Of a DNA stretch of 64,000 nucleotides, positions 1 to 12,250 are shown in pieces. The stretch is from the NCBI RefSeq assembly GCF_036321535.1, contig NC_087436.1, forward strand, positions 106,084,001-106,148,000. Reading direction: 5' to 3'. The first letter of the stretch is position 1, and each line of letters opens with the position of its first letter. This stretch comes from Camelus dromedarius (lineage: Eukaryota). The notes beneath the pieces are model-generated. The model was given only the letters and a program-made list of their open reading frames with translations, was not told the origin of the DNA and did no database searches. A program made the translations under genes and the position numbers.

Positions 1-282
1 GCTACTATGGGGCAAGGCATGTGTTTGGACAGTTACCCGGCTCCCAGTCCTGGATGTGGGTGGGATGCCTGCCCAGATCTGGGTCTCATATGGAGAGACC
101 ACTGGTCTGCTTATCCAGTCCTGTGCATTTTCTCTGTCTTCACCTGAGATCAACATTGTAATCTGTTCTTCTTACCTCTTCATCCCCCCCCATATAGTGC
201 TTGGGAAAAGGTATGCATTGAATACATAAACTTTTGCCCATTGGTTAACAAGAGCTATCAATAATTCAGTATTTCTCGTTTC

Positions 283-455
283 AGATTGTGTTTCAACAAA
301 TATTTACTGAGCACTTACTATGCGATAGGCATTGTGCCAGGGGTTTCATGCGATTTCATTCTTACACAGCTCTCTTCACCATGGGCAGTGGGGAAATTGA
401 GGCTCCAGGAGGCAAAATGATTTAACTGAGACCATGTACTTTTGGTTCTGCCTGA
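283..455 (-). mobile_element. L2 3' end fragment followed by MIR fragment
   Basis: ttcaacaaatatttactgagcacttactatgcgataggcattgtgccagg is the antisense L2/MIR tail; ggggaaattgaggctccaggaggcaaaatgattt is the MIR core. Confidence 0.65.
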
Positions 456-1139
456 TTTAAGTCTGGCTATGCCAGTTTTCAAGCTCAGCGTTCCGTTTTC
501 TTTCTGCTACTCTCTGGGGCCTTGCAGACACCGAGTGGGTTTCCCCACTCCCTGTTAAACTGGACTTTCCTTGCCACTGATTCCCCGGGATCACAATAAT
601 CAACTCAGAAGTAGAAGGAAAGGTTCTCCCTCTCAGACTGTAAATAAAGAACCTGCCTTCATGGCATGAGATTCTGAGTGTCATCAAATGCCACTGCCCA
701 CGGGAACGGAAGCTTCTCTCAGAGTTTCCAGCGGAGCCTGCCCGTGAGGGCACCACGGGATTAGGCCTGTATACGTGCCCCAAATGCTGTTCCACGGATG
801 AAAACAGTTGTCACAGTGACTAGAAAATTGAATTGGTTAAACCTTCTGGTTTTAGATTGTTTTTGGAGTGAGTAACTCTATGATTTTTTTTTTACTTGTC
901 ATAGGCGAAAAGGAAAAAAAAAGTACGAGTGAAACTTCATAGCTATTTTTCTTCCCTGTATGTTCTTAGTGGTTATTTATATCTGGGAAGTTTCCATTGG
1001 GATTTAGTTCAGGATATAGACTTGGCAGGGTGGCTTCTGCACTCCATGGTGACATTTGACAGACTGCAGGCAAAGCAGGATGGATTTCTAATATCTAGAT
1101 GGATGGATTTGGGGCCAAAGTGTTGGGATTGTACTGTAT

Positions 1140-1460
1140 CATGAAATGGATTTATTGATCTGAATCTAAAAGCGGCCTGTTGCCTGTCAATATCAGATTT
1201 GTATCAATATGTTTGATAAATGAGGGCTCCTGCCCCTTTCCTTTGTTTGCTTTATCAACTGCACTTGGCAATAACAATAAAAGACGCCAGGTGGTGTACT
1301 GCAAATTGCACTCGTCATGTGTGCTACTAACCTTAGGGCCCCGTTTTGCGATCCCGCATATGTTATAACCACCCAGAAGTGCGCTGCTGTGCCTGACTGC
1401 CTCCCCCGAATTAGACGTTCCCCTGCAATGGTGCATTTCAATATCCACCTCATGCATTAA
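1140..1460. promoter_or_regulatory. Candidate conserved developmental enhancer (PBX-HOX + MEIS syntax)
   Basis: TGATAAATGA 1214-1223 (TGATNNATKR), CTGTCA 1184-1189, FOX/SOX-like tgtttgc/aacaat, retained CpGs, no recognisable repeat. Confidence 0.4.
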
Positions 1461-1474
1461 CCTTGAAACGTTGT

Positions 1475-1610
1475 GCCCGTGGTGTAGGTAGCATCTTCAT
1501 TTTCCAGATGAAGAAATTAAGACACTGAGAGGTTGTGAGAGGTTGAACGAGCTGCCCAAGGCCACACGGTAAATCTCGAATACAGCTGGGGTCCAGGCAG
1601 AGGTGTCATG
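1475..1610 (-). mobile_element. MIR SINE
   Basis: cattttccagatgaagaaattaagacactgagagg...gctgcccaaggccacac matches the antisense MIR core. Confidence 0.8.
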
Positions 1611-2809
1611 GTTCCTGGGTGAGGGTAGGTCAATTTCCTTCTCTCTGGTTCCAAAGCAAAAGAATCTGAATCTGCAAGGAGCTTGTGGTTGATACACTTT
1701 CTCCCCAGGAGTGGGGAGGCTGCCACCTTCTCTCTGAGTCTTCCGGGAAAGAAATCCAGGTCCCTGTGTTGGAAACAGAAGGTTCTGAATGTGCTTTATT
1801 TGGTCTTTGTAGCCACAAATCAAGGTTGGCTTACAACCCTCCTGGGATGTTTCTTATCAAGCCACATGTATCTTTCAGGGGGCAGCAATATTCCTAACCA
1901 GATGTTAGGTGGAACAGGGGAAGAGAGGAACAGAAGACATGAAGTTCTTCCCTGCAAGAGCTTTCATTTGAGTTGATGGGCATTATGGAATGCTAGTCTG
2001 TATCCCCAAATCTCTTCATCTGTGGGCTGGTAGAAATCTTTGGTAGGTGAAACAGGCCCTGTGACTCCATTCCCATCCCCATAGCCACAGCACGACGTTA
2101 ATAAATGATCTCACTTTTGCTGCATGAACACACTGCGTACACTTTCTCAGCCAGTTCTGGCAATGACCGGGAATGAGGTTAACAAAGCTATATGAAATTG
2201 GCAACCCCTGGGTGTGCTGTACGGATTCAAATCTAATTCTGAGGATAGGGCTGATCACTTGGGTGTAAATTATGTTACTGTTTTACTGTTTGAGCCTCTT
2301 CTGGAACTTTGAATTAGTCACTTTTCTCTGTCATCACAATGATGATGGGCTGGGATAGGAAACCAGAGATTATTATCTGGAAAAATATAGAACTAGAACA
2401 TTTGGGAGGTAAATGGAGTTTTTTCTTGGAAAACTTTTTTTTTAAACCTTTTTGGTTGAAAGTTCATTCTAAGATATATCATGGAAACATGCTTATATCT
2501 GTTTTTCATGCCTTTTTCTTTTTGTGAAGCCTCAGGGTTTTTGTTCTGAAGACTAGATTTTTTTTTTTTGGTAGGTTTAGAGGGTGTAGGATGTTAGCCA
2601 ACTGATGATTTTTAGCATGAAATTTTTAACATTAGTTTACTTCAAATGCAGAGAGTTAATGAGCACATTTTCTACAGTCTCATTTGCATCCCTTCTTCCG
2701 GGAAAATTTGTCTAATAGTATGTTTTTGCCTTCTCTCCTCTACCCCTCAATCCATATTCCTCAGGACTCAAAGAAGAAAGTCAATTTCACCTGTATATAT
2801 TGTTGGAAG

Positions 2810-2873
2810 TGCGGATTCCCCCAGAGATTCTGATCTAATCGATTTGGCATGGCATCTCGAAATCTTCATTTCT
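2810..2873. mobile_element. MER5-type hAT MITE, left part (split by L1)
   Basis: cccagagattctgatctaatcgatttggcatggcatctcgaaatcttcatttct resembles MER5A/B; continues at 3661 as ggaatctccatttctaataagcacccc. Confidence 0.65.
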
Positions 2874-3660
2874 TTCTTTCTTTCTTTTTTTTTAAATTGA
2901 AGTATAGTCAGTTGCAATGTGTCAATTTCTGGTGTACAGCATAACGTTTCAGTCATACATATGCATACATATATTCATTTTCATATTCTTTTTCATTATA
3001 GGTTACTACAAGATATTGGATGTAGTTCCCTGTGCTATACAGAAGAAATTATTTTTTTTTTAAATCTATTTTTTGTGTAGTAGTTAATATTTGCAAGTCT
3101 TGACCTCCCAGTTTATCCCTTCCCACCTCCTTCCTGCCCCGGTAACCATAAGATTGTTTACTATATCTGTGAGTCTGTTTCTGTTTTGTAGATGAGTTCA
3201 TTAGTGTCTTCTTTTTTCTTTGTTTAGATTCCACAAATGAATGATATCATATAGTATTTTTCTTTCTCTTTCTGGCTTACTTCACTTAGAATGATGATCT
3301 CCAAGTCCATCTATGTTGCTGCAAATGACATCATTTTATTCTTTTTTATGGCTGAGTAGTATTCCATTGTATAAATATACCACAGCTTCTTTATCCAGCC
3401 ATCTGTTGATGTACATTTAAGTTGTTTTCATGTCTTGACTATTGTATATAGTGCTGCTATGAATATTGGGGTGCATGTGTCTTTTTGAATTAGAGTTCCC
3501 TCCAGATATATGCCCAGGAGTGGGACTGCTGGATCATATAGTAAGTCTATTTTTAGCTTTTTGAGGAATCTCTATACTGTCTTCCATAGTGGCTGCACCA
3601 AACTACATTCCCACCAACAGCGTAGGAAGGTTCCCTTTTTTCCACACCCTCTCCAGCATT
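2874..3660 (-). mobile_element. 5'-truncated LINE-1 (3' UTR plus ORF2 C-terminal remnant), artiodactyl/camelid-type
   Basis: (tttc)n/poly-T tail then ttaaattgaagtatagtcagttgcaatgtgtc; ORF2 end seen in the alternative-frame peptide [24 protein letters not shown]; 15-bp TSD 2859-2873/3661-3675 (13/15 identical) followed by AA, fitting the L1 endonuclease site. Confidence 0.93.
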
Positions 3661-4286
3661 GGAATCTCCATTTCTAATAAGCACCCCAACGAGCTCATTA
3701 TCATCTTTATTTCTAACAGGCAGGCATTCTGAGGCCCACACTTTGAGAAACTGTGTTAGAGGCAGAGGAGTTGGTACCCGAACAGATTCCAAGTGGACTG
3801 GGAGGGGTGGTATGTGCCCTTCCCCCGGAAGATGGTTTCATGGGTGATTTGGTGTGGCTTTTAGTCAACGACCAACTAATTATAGAACCCTATAGGATAA
3901 TTCAGACCATATGTCTTATCCCAGATTCAAGTTTACAAATGTATATTGAAGATGTTTTCATGGGGCCCCAGGGTCTGAATGAGGAAAAGTGTCATACTGA
4001 TCATTGGGAAATGTATTTATTATGGGAGTTTTTTTTTATAATAGGGAGAATTTATTTCATGCAGAACGTACATTGTTTGATTGATATGATCAGCGTATAG
4101 AAGTCTTATGAGAAAAGAGACAGTAACACCGGCAAATGATCACCTTAGCGTTATTCATCCAGTCATTTGTATAGCACGTGAATAAGCACTCTTGGAAAAA
4201 TTGCGTGGTTCTGTCAAATAGATAAATTATTCACAGAGAACATTTTCATTACTTTCAAAACAACAACACTAGTATGACTGAGCATC

Positions 4287-4311
4287 AGTGTGTGTGTGTT
4301 TGTGTGTGTGT
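4287..4311. repeat. Imperfect (TG)n microsatellite
   Basis: gtgtgtgtgtgtttgtgtgtgtgt. Confidence 0.85.
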
Positions 4312-5405
4312 TGCACACGGCTTGTGGGTGGATATCAGCAAACAAGCCATGAACTAATAATAAAACAACAAATTAGCAACAATTTAATTAAGCCCAATTT
4401 ATGTCAAAGTATCTGAATAGGGATATGATTACATAATTATATGTAAAAATGTGCGGGAAAGAATAGACATTTTTCTTTTCTTGTACTCAACTCCACATTC
4501 CGCCATTGTCCAGCAGCTGTTTTTTGAGCTGCCAAGCTGGGTCATGAGTTGGGCCAAACCTTTTCCGAGGATAATAGTCTGTATGAGCTGGCGGGCTGAC
4601 AAGCTGTGTGTGGTCCTCGTACCAGCAAATGAGTAAATCAGAGTTATAAGTTGCAAATGTGCCTCAAATTAACTTCCGTATAGTAGGGAACGAGCTTGGC
4701 ATCAGTTAAAGTCCAGCTTGGTGACAGCCTCTCTCATGGCAGCTGAATCAAGGCGATGATGGAAAATTAAGGCATGGTGGGCCACGGAGCTTCCACAGGG
4801 CACGAACTCAGTGTCCTGCGCTTGAAATGTCACATTCCAAGAGGTCCTGAAATTAGCAGGCTCAGTGTCATATCGCGCTGTGGGCTCCGTTCACATGATG
4901 CAAGCTTTTGCTTATCTGACCGGGGCCTAAAATAAGACGCTCCGATGCTTTATTTATGAGCTCCAGGCCACCCATGCCTGTGATGTAAGTAACCTTGGGG
5001 TACACGGCATTGGATCACTTCAATTCCCATTAACTACCTGTTTCTAAATGGGGAAAAGCATTTGCCCAGCATATTGTGTTATTCATGAAGACACAAAAGC
5101 AGCCTGTTGAGCTGTCACTGGGGTGGACTTCCACGATGCCATCCAGCATGTTGAGTGCTGTGAGTGCTGCGGTCTAGGTTTCTAATGTTAGTTTTCTCCT
5201 TCTCTCTTTCTTGTTCATTTTCTTTTTTCTCTTTCTTTTCCTTCTCCCTCTTTTTTTTTTTTCATCCTTACAAAGAACCTTGGCCAATTCCAGACATTGT
5301 TAAACACATAACTGTCTATCCAGAAGTTACAATTCCCTGTTAAACATAGAAGGTCAAAAGCTGGCGGCAGAGAACTCATTTACATAAGAATGGGGGCGTC
5401 CAGTA

Positions 5406-5618
5406 CAAAGTTTCCAAACTTCGGCACTATTAATATTTAAGACCTGATCATTTTTTGTCGTGAGGGCTGTCCTGTGGATTGCAGGATGTTTGCAGCTTTT
5501 CTAGCCTCTATTTGCTCAGTGATGGTAGCACCTCCCCCTTGTGACCAACAAAAATGTCTCCAGGCATTCCTGAATGTCCCCTTGGGAGCAAAATCGCTGG
5601 CAGGTAGCAGACTTGGTT
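5406..5618 (+). mobile_element. MER20 hAT-Charlie MITE
   Basis: ggcactattaatattt...gggctgtcctgtggattgcaggatgttt...tgtgaccaacaaaaatgtctccaggcatt...aatgtcccc...aaaatcg. Confidence 0.85.
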
Positions 5619-5694
5619 GATCTAGTGTGACAGCGAACTGAGTGTTTGTTAATGAAGAACTTCACTGAGTCTCTCTGAGATTGTTCAGATGTAG

Positions 5695-5910
5695 TTAGCA
5701 GACCTGAATTTGGAGGCAGGAAACCTGGGTTTGAGTCTGGGCTACAACACTAATGGTCACTCGTTGATGTGACTCTGAGCAAGATTTTTGGTTTGTCTAA
5801 ACCTTAAATTTTTCACCTGGTAAATAAAAATAATACTCCTTAACTTGTAAAGCAATTGAAAATCAGTGGACTAATATATATGTAAAAATACAGTGTAGGA
5901 TACATAGTCA
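5695..5910 (+). mobile_element. MIR SINE
   Basis: ttggaggcaggaaacctgggtttgagtctgggct...tgtgactctgagcaag...aaccttaaatttttcacctggtaaa. Confidence 0.7.
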
Positions 5911-6764
5911 AAAATTGATGATGATATGACCTGATATATGACCTGTCAATTTAGTCTGCAGAGAAACAAAAGGCAGTCCTGTGGGCCCGTTTCATCATGT
6001 GTTGCTTAATTCTGGTTCATCCTTCTCTTCCCCTCCACTTCCATCCCCCAGCCATTCTTATATTCCAGAAGCTGACTAATTATGGCCAAAGATGTGGAAC
6101 AGGGAGCAGGGAAAGAGAAAGGGTGAGGGGGATGGAGGAGAAGTTTCCGGGTGGGCTCACTATCAGGAAGCCCTCTGTAGAGGTGTGGGCAGTCCATCCA
6201 GCTTCTTGAATGTGAAAATCTAGAAAGACTATAAAAACACAGAAACCCTCAACACACCATTCCTCTGAACCCTGCTCTGCACTCAGCCCCTGCCAAATCC
6301 ACCTTGTGGTTTTTGCTTCAGGAGAAAGTGAAATCGCTCTCCTTCTTGGGAAATGAAGGTGACAAATGTTAAATCTGTTTTCTTAGGAAACAGCTGAGAA
6401 AACAGTCAAAATGATTCCATGTGACTAGCACAATTTTCTGCCTGGGTCTTCAAAGTCTGAGTCTCTTTTGAGCTGTATCTAAATCTAGAAATAAGGGCCA
6501 GGCTAAGAATGAAGGCGTAGACATCAGACAGGGAGTTAAGACTGTAATCTTTGACATCTCCCTTTCAGCCATCACACGCATATTTTATAGAGCATCTCAA
6601 GTCTGCTACCTGCTAGCAATTAAGAGAACCTTGGCAAAATCCTCCTCTTCCCATTTGTTCTGAAACTCTCCTTTCTGAGGGGTGGGAGGGTTGCAATTTC
6701 ACTCATGTTTTGCAGATCTCTCTTCCTTACATCCACTCTCTTTCTAGTCCTTTCTAGTTGCACC

Positions 6765-6955
6765 ATAGAACACAAGGGCTGGAAAGGATATGGGAGATGA
6801 TCAAGTCCACTGGTTGAATTGCTGTATTTCTGGCATGGTCAATCTGTCCTATCCTTGAATGATTCCAGAGATGAGGAGCTCATGGTTATGGGAAAGAGGA
6901 TGCTTAACTGTTGAACCACTCTCTCGAATTGTTAAAATTTGCCTCTCTGAATCCA
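6765..6955 (-). mobile_element. L3/CR1 (or MIR3) 3' fragment
   Basis: gggctggaaaggatatgggagatgatcaagtcca...ccttgaatgattccagagatgaggagctca...ctctcgaattgttaaaa. Confidence 0.55.
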
Positions 6956-8250
6956 CACTCAATATTCCTTCAACAAGCACATCCTGAGAACCCACCTGTG
7001 GCAGCACCCACCTATGAATAAAATACAGCTTCTGCCCTCAGGGAGCGAATTATGGTCACAGTGATATGTTTCATGGATATAAACATGCATTTATTCATTC
7101 AACAAACATTTATAAGCAGTTATGATGAACCAGGTACCTTGCTAGGAGCTGGGGATACAATGGAGCCAGAGCAGCATCTCTGCTCTCAGTGGAGCTTTTA
7201 GTCTAATGGAAGGGAAAGACAATCAAAATTTCACCTTAATAAATATATAATAAGACTGCACTGACTTAAGTGTAATGAGGGAAAGGGACATGGTTTTGTG
7301 TGTCCATAACCACAAAAGCTGACTCAAATTGGGTGGAAAAGAGGGATTGGGAAATGTTTCTATAGCTAACAGACTGTTTTCTCTGAGCTGTGAGGGATGA
7401 GTGGGAATGAAAGGTTCTGAGGTTGGAAGGGGAGGGGTCGGGGTAGCATCCCAATCAGAGGGGATGATAACTGCTGAAATGGGGTGATGGAGCCCAGCAG
7501 GACTGGAGTCCAGACTGCAGAGGTGGGTGAGATCAGCAGGGCTTTGGGGGCTATTGATTTCCGTCTTTGTTTTAAGATACAGGCTGTTGTAGGGAATTTA
7601 AGAGCTAGTTAGTGGGTGACAGGACAGACTTGGTCGTGGTTAGCTGTGGACCAGATCGGATCAGTGGACAGAGAGAACACCCTGAGATACACTCGCCGAG
7701 AGCATCAAGGATGGAGCAAGTGATCCTGCTGGGAGGCCAGAGCAAGCTTTCTGGAGAAGGTAACTCCTGAATCCTCGTGAAAAAAGAGTGGCCTTTTCCA
7801 AGCTGGTGTCCTGGCTTGGGAAACTGCAACTACACAGACAGGCAGGCATGAGGATTTACAGGGATATTCGAGAACACAGCAAGTTATCCTCCACAGGCTG
7901 GAGCACGGGGCCGGTGTCCACAGTGAGCATCACGCGCTGGCCAAGGGCCTGGCAGACTGTGCAGAGATGTTGGGCTTCGTCCTGAAGAGGAGGAGGCTTT
8001 GAGGGAGCCTGAGATCCTCAGCTGCAGCTTGAGCACAGTCAGTTGGCTGCCGTGTGGAGGTGAAGGGCGGAAGCAGGAACATCCGATGTAAGGGCTGGGC
8101 CGCGGTCAGGATGAGGAGGAAAGAGATCTTTCACCCGGGCAGCAGTAGCGGGCTGGAGCTTTTAAAGAGAGAGAATCCACAGGACTTTGTGCTGGGGCTC
8201 TGGCATGCCGCAGACACCCTGACGATCGCCTCCCTAATAGCTGGGGACTA
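6955..8250 (-). mobile_element. L2 LINE fragments
   Basis: tttattcattcaacaaacatttataagcag...tgctaggagctggggatacaa...ggagcttttagtctaatggaag, followed by purine-rich L2 body pieces. Confidence 0.7.
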
Positions 8251-10674
8251 ATGTTATCATGAATCTGTCCCAAATGCTGCTTGGAAGAAACCTTTACAGC
8301 AGAGCACAATGACAGGACTAAAATACCCCAACCCGCACAGAAGCCACAATGAGTATTTTCCATTTTATCTGCTCTTTTGGATCGTTCCTGCACCTGTTCA
8401 TTTTCTTTGTCAAAGGCAGAGCATTATTTATAAAACGCTGGTATTTTTCCCCCTCTGAACATCTGGATGTTTGGAGTTGCAAAGATAAAACATCTGGAGT
8501 GAGGCCCCAAGTTTTGCCTCTTCTTCCAGATGTTTGGTGTCCTGTTGACAAAGCCTGTGAGTCTTCGTGAAGAGCCATCTCGTAAAACGAGGTGCCACAT
8601 GAGATTTGTGTCTGTAGATGAATTTTAAGGGGTAGAGGCATGAATGAACGCCACCTAAAGGTGCTAGAAAATAACCAAACAGATGATGGATCCAAAACAA
8701 TGGGGAGTATTTCTGGTTGACCAAAAGGGGTACGAGGTAGCCTATTTAGGCTTCTTAGGGATATACTTTCAGGTGAATACTTGCTTTGAACAATTTGGGG
8801 CGGGGAGATCAGGGGTGATTAAAATGTTATGTGTCTAGAGGGGTTCTCCTGCTGAATCAAAGTCTATCATTTAACTTGGCTGGCAGACAACGAGGAAAGA
8901 ACTTGAAGGTTGAGTTCATTCTTTCCTAAATAGCCTTTTTTTTTTTGGTTTGTTTTTGTTACAAAAGTCTTTTCTAGGCTTTTTGATTAACCCCTTGTGA
9001 TCTTTTATAAAAGAATGATCCACAAAGGGTTTGGGTAATTATTTAAAGTGGAGGAATTATACACAGACTTCAGAATAGTACAAGCCCACTGTAATATCTG
9101 GGGCAAGAGAAACGTGCAGGAGAGGGTATGCAAAGCATGTTCATAAATTAAGAGTAAATTATCTTGGCCCTTCCTGGACCTGGGGGTGGATTTGTTCATT
9201 TTCTACACCCTCCAGCCACCCCTCAACATCATAGTTTCCCCTGTATCCATAAATGTTTTTATCTTTGCTTGGGAGGGGGCTGGGACGGGTCATGTCACGG
9301 ATGGTCCCAGAGCTCGGTGGCCTGGGGAGATGCCCCTTTCTCTCTCACCCCACCTGGTGTGTGGCCCTCCGGAGAGGTGTCTTTGAGAGCTGCCCTCAGG
9401 CCAAGGGTATGTCTGACTACCTGCATTCCTCTGCTAGGGACCACCTCCGTTGGAACTCCTGTCAAGGCAAAATTGCTTTATTTCCTAATTTTGATGATAT
9501 TAGCAAATACATGTAATGGGAAATAAAATTAATCAGTTTGTGCTGGTGAAATTGCCTCCTGTTTACCTCAGCCTTGTAGCGATTTTTTCCCCCTCCTACA
9601 GGGGTTATTTTAATTAACAGCGTGAATTTTTGGTAGTTTAATTTATTTTATGATTGTGTAAAAATACTCCTTTGTAAGGGTTTATATATAACTAGCCAGC
9701 TAATTAGCAGTAATATTTTAACAACAGCTGTAGAAGCAGGGAGTCCCATGAAACATGGCTTCTCCCTTCAGACCGCCAAGATATTTATTGGTGTCTTTCC
9801 TTATCAGCTCTAGCTGAAGGCAACAAAGGAGGGTAGTGTGAGCATCAGATAATTAAAAGAGAAGTAAGCATTCAAGTCCTCCTCTCACCTGACACACAGA
9901 ACTTCTGTGCCTCTAAGCCTCTGATTTAAGACTCCTTCTCCTTGGCTTCTAGTTCTTCCAGAGTCTATTATATAGTCCTTGTGGGCTTCAGCCTAAGACA
10001 TACCTTTCTGGAAAATTACGGGGAGGCTTTGAACGGCATTAACCTGAACTAGTAGCAGTCACCGGTATTTGTACTCCACTTTCCGTCGACGCAAAGCATC
10101 TTAACACAGAGTGAAGTCCACCTTCTCTTTGTTTAATTTACTGAGATTCAAGGATAAAATTGGGGAGAGACTCGGGGTGCAGAGGGTGGGGGAGAGAGTT
10201 GGAGAAGTTGATGCAGAGAAACAAAGGCATGGAGAGTCAGGAGAGAGAGCAAGACAGACAGACAACATCTCTCTCGACATCTAACACAGACCCACACAGT
10301 CCGCTCCCTTCCATGCCTCCACCATCACCTGGCATCCATCTTGCTGCTTGGGTTTGAGTTAGGGAATGGGGCACAGGAGCCGTGAGAAGGCGGCACATGG
10401 AGAGGATGGTGGAAATGGAGATGCCCCAGGGGACCAGCAGCCTCAAGTGTCTCCCTTGTACCCCATTTCAGGGTGTGCACCCACTGGCCACCTTAAGTGA
10501 GATTCCAGAGTGCAAAGAAAAGTGATTTGGCTTTGGCACCATGTTTTTTTACTCCCAAAGGCCAGCTAACGACTTACTGTGGAGGCTGAATTCTGCCTAC
10601 ACAACTCTTTCCCCTGACATGTGTAGGTCTCAGATTCTAACTCCTGCAGAGGAGTGTCATCCTCATGACTGCAT

Positions 10675-10830
10675 TGAGGGTGGGTAGCCTTACCCTTATT
10701 TCCTATCCCTAACCTTATTTTAGGGTATGGGACTCTAGGGGCTTAGGAAAGTCAAGTGACTTGCCCAGGATCACACAGAAAGTCAGTGGTAGAGCGGTAA
10801 CTAGGATCACAAGCCCCTAAACATCTGTGG
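10675..10830 (-). mobile_element. MIR SINE
   Basis: ggcttaggaaagtcaagtgacttgcccaggatcacacagaaagtcagtggtagagc. Confidence 0.8.
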
Positions 10831-10899
10831 TCTGTTTTCACAGAGGAGGCTTCGGAAGCCTCACCTCATTTTCTAAGAGAGAGAGTACTCACCGACCTT

Positions 10900-11070
10900 T
10901 TCTCTGTGCACCACCACATCTCATCTCAATTATAGCACAATCCCAATTTGTTGATCACAATTCCTTGGCATGTTTTTTCCCCTCACCAAACTCTGAGCTC
11001 TGTGAGAGCAGAATCTCTGCGAGCTTGGTGCTTGGTCCACAGTAGATGCTCAATAAAAAATTACTGTGTG
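10900..11070 (+). mobile_element. L2 3' end
   Basis: ctctgagctctgtgagagcagaatc...ggtgcttggtccacagtagatgctcaataaa. Confidence 0.65.
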
Positions 11071-11799
11071 GCTAAAAAAAATCAGAGTAAGTGAAACCTG
11101 ACTTTCCAGTGCAGGCTTCTTTAGAGTAAGGAGTCGAAATTTCTAATTAAGTGCTTGATATTCCAGTCCTTTTACTAGTAGCTGTGTCTGAAAATACTAC
11201 ATGGGCTGTGTTGGTACAGAGCCTGCAACACAGTAAGGGCTCAAATGTAAACTATCAGTATTTTCTCAGCTTTAGTAAATTAGAGAGAATGTATCTATGG
11301 AGAATACAAGGTAAAAATTTCCCAAGAATATCTACATTAATAAAAATATGGGGACACAGTAATCACAGACACATGCAGACACACACGCATAAAACCTTGG
11401 TTTGATTAGATTCCCTTAAGGGGTCTTCTGGAGAGGAAAAAAAATGCCCGGTGAGGGATGGGTAAAAGGCTCCTAAGAAATGGAAACTTTCTTATACTAT
11501 ATATGGTCACTCCAGTGACCAAAATGAGCTCTTGTATTTCACATACATGCAGAGAAACAGAGACGTGGAGAGTCGGAGAGAAAAAAGCCAGCCAGACAGA
11601 GCCCACCTCTCTCTCCAGCTAACACAGAGCCACAGTCAGCTCCTCTCTACCCCTCCGTTGCCACCAGGCCCCTATTGTGTTGCTTTGGGTTTGGGTTTGA
11701 GGATGGGGCACCGGAGCTGTGACACTGCATCCTTAGCTCTTTAATAATACCTGATGCATGGTAAGTGCTCGTACATGTTTGATGAATGGCTGAATGATC

Positions 11800-11960
11800 T
11801 TATTTGGCTTTCCCCATAACCCTTCCAAGTGGTTGTTATTATCTCTGTTTGGCCAGTGAGGTCCTCTCAGGGCAGTTGGTGATCTTCATGGAAGTTCCCT
11901 AGCCAATCAGTGACAGAGCCAGGAGTCAAACCCATAGCTTTTCATACCCGAGTCTATGCT
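11800..11960 (-). mobile_element. MIR SINE
   Basis: cataacccttccaagtggttgttattatctctgttt...cagtgacagagccaggagtcaaaccca. Confidence 0.65.
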
Positions 11961-12009
11961 TTATTTTATTTACTGTAAAATAGCACCACTAGTGATGTCT
12001 TTGTAGTAA

Positions 12010-12250
12010 TGTGTAGTGATTAGAGGTAAGGCTCTGTAATCAGAAAAATTTGGGTTTGAATCTTGCTTCTGCCATGTATTATCTGTGTGTGTCTCTTTGA
12101 GCAATTAGCTAACCTCTCTGTGCATCAGTGTCCTTCATCTCCAAAATGGAAGAAGTATTAACACCTACCTCGTGAGGATGTCTTCAAGATTATGGGAGGT
12201 GATGCCACTGGCTGCTGGGCACAGAGTTAGGGCTCACTGGTGACAGGTCC
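12010..12250 (+). mobile_element. MIR SINE (near full length)
   Basis: gtagtgattagaggtaaggctctgtaatcag...tgggtttgaatcttgcttctgcca...aacctctctgtgcatcagtgtccttcatctccaaaatgg...cacctacctc. Confidence 0.85.

Noticed and set aside
3553..3792. 79-aa ORF with a familiar-looking [11 protein letters not shown] motif
   Set aside because: It is an alternative-frame translation of the truncated L1 ORF2 C-terminus fused to flanking sequence, not a gene.
11800..12250. Oppositely oriented MIR pair as a dsRNA/editing substrate (also 55635-56045)
   Set aside because: The copies are too diverged for extended pairing.
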